From IMG/VR virus record IMGVR_UViG_3300029305_006219: a stretch of DNA of 64,000 bases; one strand, given 5' to 3'. Source of the stretch: a virus. The notes beneath the pieces were generated by a model. That model ran no database searches and was not told where the DNA came from. It was given only the letters and a program-made list of their open reading frames with translations. Within the stretch, counting starts at the first letter, position 1. Every line of letters starts with the position of its first letter. The translations under genes were made by a program, and so were the position numbers. Positions 16,556 through 24,917 of this stretch are shown here, in pieces.

Positions 16556-16864
16556 TTAACAATATACAAGACCCATATCACGCCAACGGAGAATAGAAAT
16601 TTGAGAGCAGGCGCGCCCGACCTCAAGCGCTTTTTTCAAGGTACTTTCGCGATGGCTCTTGTCTATGTAATAAACTCCAGAACTATACCATATACCACAG
16701 TTGCCTTCGTATGCCTTAACGGCGTTGATTGCTTCGCGCGGGTCACGGGTTTCGATACCTTCGGTGGCTACTTGGTAGCCTGTTTTGAACGTGACGCGCT
16801 GACCCTTTTTGAGAGTTAAGCCGTCATTATCTTTAAGTTTGAGAATCGAGCGAATGTTAATCAT
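16556..16864 (-). CDS. hypothetical protein (102 aa)
   Basis: A class-B promoter at about 16895-16925, with TTGTGCAAcTTGCACAA at 16958-16974 upstream of it. Confidence 0.5.
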   Translation of the reverse strand: MINIRSILKLKDNDGLTLKKGQRVTFKTGYQVATEGIETRDPREAINAVKAYEGNCGIWYSSGVYYIDKSHRESTLKKALEVGRACSQISILRWRDMGLVYC

Positions 16865-17041
16865 AGGTGTTTCCCCTTCCTTTATCTTACGTACTTATTA
16901 TACCATAAAAGCGGGAATTTGTCAATAGGCAAAAGTAACAAAGTTTTGATAGTAAATTTGTGCAACTTGCACAACTATGCGTAAAGCGTCACGCCGCGGC
17001 CCTTGGCGTGACGGCGAAAAAAAAAGAGGGCGCAAGCGCCC

Positions 17042-17242
17042 TCATATGAAGTCGGCAAATTGGTCTTCCACCCAAGCCATTATAAGAGGATTAAAGGTTT
17101 GTATCTCAACCTCTACGCATGAGGGATGGACTTGGAGAAGAATTGCCTCTCCTGCGTTATTAGCGGCGAGGAATGAGCAGACTTTTTGCACCGCCATACC
17201 GCTTTCAAAAGTTTTATTAAGCATAAAATTCTTATACTGCAT
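17042..17242 (-). CDS. small protein (about 66 aa)
   Basis: RBS ataagaaaggagatatatATG. It is the C-terminal part of track ORF 17042..17443, whose 5' part overlaps gene 17271..17558 out of frame. Confidence 0.4.
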   Translation of the reverse strand: MQYKNFMLNKTFESGMAVQKVCSFLAANNAGEAILLQVHPSCVEVEIQTFNPLIMAWVEDQFADFI

Positions 17243-17270
17243 ATATATCTCCTTTCTTATGGGGATTGCC

Positions 17271-17558
17271 TTAGCAATCCCCCGTATAGCAACCCATATA
17301 GGGGTCAAAGCCGTTTTCATCAGGCTCTTCTTCCTCATAGTCATACCAGTCGTCATTATAATAGAGGGTCTCAGAGCCGTGATGGTAAATGATGCGCGCC
17401 ATATCTGTCGCCTCTGCTTCAGTAAGATAGCCATTAGCAACAAGCTCTATAAGTCTGCCTATTGCAAGAGAATGAGTATCTTCAAGTCCAAATTCCGTAC
17501 AAGCAAGATTGAAGCAAGTCTGCAAGTCGAGTTTTGTGTAATCCATAATGCACCTCAT
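17271..17558 (-). CDS. hypothetical acidic protein (95 aa)
   Basis: ORF from the track. A class-B promoter lies at about 17596-17632. Confidence 0.5.
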   Translation of the reverse strand: MRCIMDYTKLDLQTCFNLACTEFGLEDTHSLAIGRLIELVANGYLTEAEATDMARIIYHHGSETLYYNDDWYDYEEEEPDENGFDPYMGCYTGDC

Positions 17559-17832
17559 AGTATTTATTTGAGAGTCTATTCCCTCTCTTCTTGCCTATAT
17601 TATATCATATATTCTTGCATTTGTCAATGAATAAAATGTAAACAATATATGAATTATGGGACGGGATCCAATCATAGTTTATTCAATCAATTGAAATAAA
17701 AAATTTACAAATTGTTCACAAATTGCTTTAACGGTGCGCGCCGACCGTGCCCGCACCGAGCGATATAAAAAGGCGCGCCAAAGGTCACCCTAAGGCGCGT
17801 TATAGTGTTGATATGAGATGCTAAGGGCGCGC

Positions 17833-18126
17833 TCAGGCGCCCTCATCATCAAGCTGACTCTCTATAAATGGTATGATGATATTGAATATTTCAACTTCTT
17901 TATTGGTTAAGCCTATAATATCGCAATATGCTATTGGCTCTGCTATATCTTTATATACCGTGCGTACTGAGGGGCTTAAATGGTATGGGTCAATATAAGG
18001 GTCGCTATCACTATCACCCCACATTCTGTCACCTTTGACATCGTATATTGCCAATACATCGCCGAAGTAGCGGGCAAGATATTCTGCCCATTGTGTAAAC
18101 TCATTTTGTATGCTTATTCTTTTCAT
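17833..18126 (-). CDS. hypothetical protein (97 aa)
   Basis: ORF from the track. Confidence 0.45.
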   Translation of the reverse strand: MKRISIQNEFTQWAEYLARYFGDVLAIYDVKGDRMWGDSDSDPYIDPYHLSPSVRTVYKDIAEPIAYCDIIGLTNKEVEIFNIIIPFIESQLDDEGA

Positions 18127-18130
18127 TATA

Positions 18131-18346
18131 TTATTCCCCCATTATCTCCGCTATTGTGTTATCATATATTCTTTTTGCTTTAGTAACGCCATATTGAAAC
18201 GATATAATACCCTTACGATAGTCATCTAATATATGCCCTATGGCGATAGTTGTAGGGTGTTCAAGTCCTAACTCTTTACACGCTTTATTAAAGTATCTTC
18301 TTATGCTCATAATATTCTCCCTTCTTGAGAGGTGGATTATCTCCAC
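18131..18346 (-). CDS. hypothetical protein (71 aa)
   Basis: ORF from the track. Confidence 0.45.
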   Translation of the reverse strand: MEIIHLSRRENIMSIRRYFNKACKELGLEHPTTIAIGHILDDYRKGIISFQYGVTKAKRIYDNTIAEIMGE

Positions 18347-18681
18347 CTCTCACCTCTCTCTATATCAAAGTAATATATAATTTCATCAGCGTCAATGAAT
18401 TTATTTAAGTCAAGACCGCTATTGTAAAACAAGTCATTTAATTCATCAAGATTATTATAGTCATAAGGGTCAAACTCATAAAGTTCATCTTCATTATTGC
18501 AAAATGGGCAAGGGTCATTGTATTCCATAGCATACTGAGGAAGAGTCACTTTATGACACTTGCTACAATAAAGTAAATCTGTTAAACGGGCAGGGCGAGT
18601 AACTATTTTGTTATTAAGATAAAACGTCGCAAGATATTTGTTATTGTATTCATTGTGCTTTGTGTTAATAGTAATTTTCAT
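18337..18681 (-). CDS. Cys-containing small protein (114 aa)
   Basis: CSKCHK...CPFC motifs. Confidence 0.45.
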   Translation of the reverse strand: MKITINTKHNEYNNKYLATFYLNNKIVTRPARLTDLLYCSKCHKVTLPQYAMEYNDPCPFCNNEDELYEFDPYDYNNLDELNDLFYNSGLDLNKFIDADEIIYYFDIERGERWR

Positions 18682-19269
18682 TATTATATACCTCTCTTTT
18701 CTTTATCTTGACGGGGCTATTATATAGCCCCGTATAATTTCATAGGGTTACTTATATTGATTTTCTCTTGAGTGTTTTCTAACTGTTGTATTAAAGCTTT
18801 TTCCTCTAACTCTTGTAAAGCAAGTTCAAACTCATACTCTCGACGGTTATCAATGTGCTTGTCGACCACTATTTTATTTTTCATTATCTTCACCCCCTTT
18901 GTCTATAATGGTAATAGCAATTTTTGCAACAAGTGCAATTAAACCTATTACTAACCAAGTGCCAATAAATTCACCTAACATTTTTTTACCTCTCTGTTTT
19001 GATTTTTTGTTTGCGCTCTCTCTCTTGGAGCATACTCATTGTATCACTTCTTTTTGAACTCCAAGTTTCGAAATTATGAACTTTTTGTAAATCCGACGGG
19101 ATTTTTCAAATTTTTTTTGTTAACAACTACACAACAATCTCGACATCTTTTGTTCATAATTTATTCATAACTTTTTTAGTTATTTTCGGGAAAAAAATTA
19201 TTCACAATTTGTTCACAATTCCGCTCACGACATCTCCCTCCTAGAATATTTCTTTTATTTCAAAAAACG

Positions 19270-19310
19270 AACTTCTAACAACAAAAGAGGGATTTTAACA
19301 AATCCCTCTT
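19270..19310 (-). terminator. intrinsic terminator (leftward)
   Basis: Hairpin agagggatt..atccctct followed on the minus strand by TTTTGTTGTT. Confidence 0.5.
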
Positions 19311-19346
19311 TGCTTCTCATATTCAATTGAAAATTACGCACACGTA

Positions 19347-19826
19347 TTATAGTTCCTTAAAACGCTCGTTTTCTATTTCTCCTAGACTCTTTCGAATCTC
19401 TTCAGGATAATGATGTTTTACGCATTTAAAAATATTCTTTTTACCCATTGGATATAATTCGCCAACATGGCGGAAAAAGAAGCATATAGGCGGCAAATGT
19501 GTAACTATATCACTTCCATTTCTAAACATGGTGAAATGTGCCCAGCGCTCTCTTAATTCTTTCTTAACGCGCCAGCCGCCATAGATTCTAGGTCCATCAA
19601 ATCCAATACCGGTTAACCCCTCTGCGCGCAAGTCTTCTCTATGAAACCACACAGCTTCATGACATAATGCGGCAAGAGCTGCGCCATGACTATAACCAAC
19701 TACTACAATACGTTTCCACCTATAATCGCCGCTAAATCCTTTCTCGGTTGCGCGCCTAATAACAATATCTTCTATTGTTTTCCAGCACTTTAAGAAGCCT
19801 CCATGTACCCTATATTTTATCTTCAT
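19347..19826 (-). CDS. class-3 lipase-like alpha/beta-hydrolase fragment (159 aa), possibly N-terminally truncated
   Basis: GxSxG nucleophile elbow GYSHGAALA. The protein is shorter than typical Lipase_3 family members. No start codon is available further upstream in frame. Confidence 0.4.
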   Translation of the reverse strand: MKIKYRVHGGFLKCWKTIEDIVIRRATEKGFSGDYRWKRIVVVGYSHGAALAALCHEAVWFHREDLRAEGLTGIGFDGPRIYGGWRVKKELRERWAHFTMFRNGSDIVTHLPPICFFFRHVGELYPMGKKNIFKCVKHHYPEEIRKSLGEIENERFKEL

Positions 19827-20167
19827 ATCTTTATAGGGGCGGCGCCAGTAGGCGAAGTTAGCGCACCAATCTAGCTTACCGCGACTTGGCTAGAAAAAGA
19901 TGTAAAGTGTCTTATCGCTCTCCAAAAATGCATAATTTACTTTGCCCTCTGCCTCTTGGTACTCAATCCAATTATTGCACCAATTAAATAACTATACTAA
20001 ATTCATGGCGCGCCCACCCTTAGCCGCTTAAGGTAACTGTCTAAGGAAGATATAACCTAGACCGGCGCTCTCTTAAAATAATAATCATCTCTTTTCTCCT
20101 TTCATATGATGATACTATTATTATAACAGATTTTTTTATAAAGTCAAGTACTTATTTCATTAACCTC

Positions 20168-20196
20168 TTGACATAGTAAAAATTTTTTGGTATAAT
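20168..20196 (+). promoter_or_regulatory. consensus sigma-70 promoter at the head of the rightward structural operon (TTGACA-N17-TATAAT)
   Basis: ctcTTGACAtagtaaaaattttttggTATAATttat, then the RBS aaaggag and the ATG at 20227. Confidence 0.6.
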
Positions 20197-20226
20197 TTAT
20201 TTAAAGATAGATGAAAGGAGTTTTGA

Positions 20227-21399
20227 ATGGATACATTACAAACTTTAGACGACCTTTTGTCTGATGAGGATTTAGATATTGAAGACTCTTCTGAACAAGA
20301 GGAAGAAAATATAGAAGAGAAAATTATCACTGAAGATATTGCGCAAACTATAAAATTAGATTATAAGTTAGCTACCTGCGAAGAGCGCTCGGCGTTGGTT
20401 AATAAGATTATAGCCCAAACCCCTGCCGCCTCTTTAACAAATCGTTATTTAGAAATTTTAGGCGATTATATTATGGGAGGTATCACAAAAGAAGAACGTA
20501 AATCGCACCTATACCTTACTGACAATAGAATGATTACTGTTGCAAGGCGCGAAACGTCTTTTGAAGGTTTGGCAGAAAAATTTGAAAATGGAGAAGATGG
20601 TATTTATAATTTAATGACAAATGATAAAAATATTATCTTTGCACCAAAAAATACAATCACTGAAGAAGATATAGAAAATGTTCCTGGTCTTAAGCAATTG
20701 CGCGAGGCTATTATTCAAATTGAAGAGGAGGGGAAACGTGCTATAGGAAAGCGCAAATACCTTCTCAAAAAGCAACTCATAGAAATGCGTAAAGACCAAT
20801 ATATCTTAAAGAATTCATATTAGGCCCCCATGGTTTGCACTCCTTGTGCAAAAGGAGCAAATAAAATTGATTTAAGTGAAAAAAAATATGTAGATGAAAA
20901 TGGAGATCCACAAAGCACAGGTTTAATTTCTTTTTTTAAACCAGAGCATATTCAAGCAATTTTAAATAATTATAATGCTTTAAAAATAGAGACTAAAGGT
21001 AAATATTCTAGTGACTTTTTTTATTTGATGGAAGATTTTGATAAATTATTACATAAGGCATTAGATAATTATCCTATGTATTTTGATATTGTAAAAATGA
21101 AAGTAAATGGAAAAACAAATATTGAAATTCAAAAAATGTTAAAAGAAAAACATAATACAAGTTTTACTGTGTAGTACATTTCCAGTCTATGGTGTAAAAA
21201 AATTCCTAAAATTATAGCTGAGAAAGAACAGCATGACTTCTTAATCTGGTATTATCGTAATGAACAAAAAGGCCCATGGAAGCGTTGCTCTTGTTGTAAA
21301 GAATTTAAACCAGCTAATTCGCGCTTTTTCTCTAAGAATCGCACAAGTAAAGATGGATTTTATAGCATTTGCAAAATGTGCCGCAATAAGAAAAAATAA
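20227..21399 (+). CDS. hypothetical protein (about 390 aa, 2 in-frame TAG) with an acidic N-terminus and a C-terminal CxxC..CxxC motif
   Basis: Track ORFs 20227..20823 and 20830..21174 plus a further segment share frame 1. They are separated only by TAG codons and end on TAA at 21397-21399. Confidence 0.5.
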
Positions 21400-21480
21400 G
21401 GACAAAAATAATTATATATATACGCTTAATTTTATAAATCAATAAAGGCAAGCAAAATATAATTAAGAAAGGAGATTCTA

Positions 21481-22692
21481 ATGGCTAAATATCATTGTAA
21501 TAAATGCAATAAAGAATTAGAAGAAATTAATTTTTATAAGTATAGAGATGGTAGTTATGTAGAACTTTGTAAAAAATGTTTGACAATGCATGTTGATGTT
21601 TTTGATCCTAGCACTTTTACATGGCTATTAGAAAAATTAGACGTTCCTTATATCCCTCAAGAGTGGAACGCAGTAATTGAAAATAAAATGGCGAAAAAGC
21701 CAGATAAGCCTATTTCACATTCTGCTGTATTTGGATCTTATTTATCGAAGACTAAATTAAAACAGTGGAAGGATTATTATTGGGCAGATAATGAGCGTAT
21801 TCAAGAATTATATTATCAACAAAGCGCGCAGGCTTCTGCGGAAAAGGCTGAACTTGATGCGATGTATCAGGAGTAGTTTGAAGCGGGTCAGATTTCAGAA
21901 GCATAGTATAAAACTCTTACCTCCCCAAAGGCGCGCAATGATTCTATGATGGCGGCGCTTAGCGCAGGTGGCCCTTATTTAGGAGAAAATAACTCTTTTA
22001 ATGAGAATGATTTTATTGATGACTCTGCATTACCCGATTTATCTGCGCAAATGACACAAGAAGAAAAGATTACCTATGCAATGAAATGGGGTAAGTTATA
22101 TAAGCCTAGTGAATGGATAGAGCTTGAAACAGATTATCAAAAGATGAAAAAATCATTTGATATTCAAGATGCAGACTCTGAAAATACATTAATTCTTTTA
22201 TGTAAAACAAATTTAAAAGCTAACCAAGCTATTGACTGTGGCGATATCGAAGGCTTTTAGAAATTATCAAAAGTATCTGAATCATTGCGTAAATCAGCTA
22301 AGTTTACAGCAGCGCAAAATAAAGAACAAAAAGATGATTATGTAGATTCTATTGGATAGCTTATCGCTATTTGCGAAAAAGATGGTTTTATTCCAAGGTT
22401 TGCGACAGATATACCTCAAGATAAAGTTGATATGACTTTACGAGATATGAATGAATATGTGCGTAAGCTAGTTACCCAAGATTTAGGCTTTGGACAACAA
22501 ATTGAAGACTCTTTAAAGAAAATTATGATTCAAAATGAAATGAATCGTGAGGCGGAAGCGCGCCAGGCAGAAGAGGGTGATGACTTTGACCCTTATGCGC
22601 CAACGGAACTCGAGGATGAAGATATTGTTGCGCATTATGACAATTTACTAGAGATGAGACAAAAAGATCGAGATTTACTCGAGAAAGAGTGA
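21481..22692 (+). CDS. hypothetical protein (about 403 aa, 4 in-frame TAG) with an N-terminal zinc ribbon; candidate small terminase subunit by position
   Basis: Track ORFs 21481, 21946 and 22432 are all in frame 1 and joined through TAG only. The N-terminus carries CNKCNK...CKKC. The gene lies immediately upstream of the large terminase. Confidence 0.45.
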
Positions 22693-22696
22693 AGCT

Positions 22697-24445
22697 ATGG
22701 CAGTTCAAGATCTAATTAATCTCGCCCTTTGTGGAGACCAGAAAAAAATAGGGTTGTCAAAAGAACGCATTATGAAATAGATACCAATAGTGCGGTAGTA
22801 TGTTGCCTATTGGCGCGAATATCCTGATATGTTTGTAGAATTCTTATGCGGTCCAGAGAACAAAGAAAATTTTTAGTTATTTTTTTATTAGCGTTTATTT
22901 TTACGCGCAGTTATGCGTCATAGATATGCCTATGCAACGTTTCCTCGTGCGTATTCAAAAAGTTTTCTCTCAGTACTTGTATTAATGCTAAGATGTATAC
23001 TATATCCTGGTAGCCATTTATTCGTTACCACAGGGGGTAAAGAGCAAGCGGCAGGTATTGCTAAAGAAAAATCAGACGAGCTTTGCAAATTAATACCTGG
23101 ATTAAAGAATGAGCTCGATATGACAAGAGGTAAGACTAAAACAAGTAAAGATAATATTGAATTAATATTTAAAAATGGTTCAAAATTAGATATTATGGCG
23201 GCGCGCCAGTCGTCTCGTGGTAAACGTGCTACCGGTGGTCTAATGGAAGAGTGTATTCTTATAGACTAGACCTTGCTGAACGAAGTTATTATTCCTACAA
23301 TGAACGTAGATCGAAGATTATCAGACGGTTCCCGCGTAGAGGAGGAAACTGTTAACAAGAGTCAGATTTATGTGACGACCGCAGGATGGAAGAATAGCTT
23401 TGCTTATGAAAAACTTATAGAGTTGCTAATTCGTCAAATTATTTATCCTGATGAAGCAGTTGTTATGGGTGGAACCTGGCGTATTCCAGTTATGGAAAAA
23501 TTACTAAAAAAGAGCTTTATTGAAGAACTAAAATTAGACGGAACTTACAATGATGCTTCCTTTAGTCGAGAATATGAATCAGAATGGAGTGGAGATGCTG
23601 AAAATGCCTTCTTCTCTGCTGAAAAATTTGATAAGCATCGTCAATTATTACAACCAGAATACGAGTATTCCGGACGTACGTCAAAGAGTGGATATTACGT
23701 ACTTGGCGTCGATGTGGGTCGTCTTAAGTGTACAACTGAAGTTTGTATTTTCAAAGTCACTCCTTAGGCGCAAGGCGCAGCTTTAAAATCTTTAGTCAAT
23801 CTCTATTCCTATGAAGCCGAGGACTTTGAAGCACAAGCTATTAAAATTAAAAAGTTATTTTATAAATACAAGGCTCGTATGATCGCAATTGACGCCAATG
23901 GACTTGGAGTTGGTTTAATAGACTTCATGACCAAAGGACAAGAGGATCCAGAAACAGGTGAATATTTGCCGCCTTTTGGAGTTGATGGAGGCACATCTGA
24001 TGAGTTTAATGAGCAGTATAAGAAAGTTAAAGGCGCCGGAGTGGAAGAAAATGCAATGTATTTAATTAAAGCTAATGCGCCTATTAATACAGAAGCTCAT
24101 ACTTACGTACAAACTCAATTGGTTGGAGGTAAAATTAAACTTTTAATTGATGAAACTTAGGCTAAAACAAAATTAATGGCAACAAAGATGGGACAAGAAA
24201 TGGATGCGTCCAAGCGCGCCGATTATTTAATGCCATTTACACAAACTACAATTTTGCGTGAGTAGCTTTTGAATCTTGTAGAAGATAACGAAGGTACAAA
24301 TATTATTCTTAAGCAATCATCTCGCGGGATTCCAAAAGATAAGTTTTCTGCTTTTGAATATGGATTATATTATATTAAGCAAGAAGAAGACCGTAGTCGA
24401 AAACGTAAAAAGAGAAATATATCAGAGATGATGTTCTTCTCTTGA
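22697..24445 (+). CDS. terL: terminase large subunit (about 582 aa) with at least 8 in-frame TAG codons
   Basis: Frame-2 ORFs 22913, 23273 and 23879 and their flanking segments are contiguous through TAG. The N-terminal ATPase-like block is ..ATFPRAYSKSF..VTTGGKEQA... The gene ends with TGA at 24443-24445 followed by TAA. The position before the portal gene supports the call. Confidence 0.6.
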
Positions 24446-24518
24446 TAAAAATTAGGACAATTTTAAATAAATTATAACTTATAATTTTTATATAACAATA
24501 GTAAAGGAGTGAAGAGAT

Positions 24519-24875
24519 ATGAAAGCAAGTCGAGGCGAAATTAAAATTTGTGATATTTTAACCGAGGCTGGCGTCTCTTTTACAGAAGAGTATTCATTTT
24601 CCGATCTTGTTGGTTATACTAAAACCCCTTTAAGATTTGATTTTGCAGTATTAGACGATGATGGAGAGGTTGATTTTTTAATTGAATATTAGGGTATTCA
24701 ACATTATGAACCTAAGTCTAAATTTGGCGGAGTGGCTGGATTGCGCCAATAGCAATACTACGATATGTTAAAAAGGGAGTATTGTAAAAAACATAATATT
24801 CCCTTGGTTTTAATTCCTTATTATGATGAAGGAAGAATAAACTACGATTATATCTTTAAGGCCGCTGGCTATTGA
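24519..24875 (+). CDS. DUF559/Vsr-like PD-(D/E)xK endonuclease (about 118 aa, 2 in-frame TAG), likely a homing endonuclease between terL and the portal gene
   Basis: Motif RFDFAVLDDDGEVDFLIEY(Q)GIQHY matches the DUF559 pattern. An upstream motif-B promoter and the RBS aaaggag are present. TGA stop. Confidence 0.5.
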
Positions 24876-24917
24876 CAAGATTGAAAATTTTGAATATAAT
24901 ATTTAGAGAAAGAAGAG

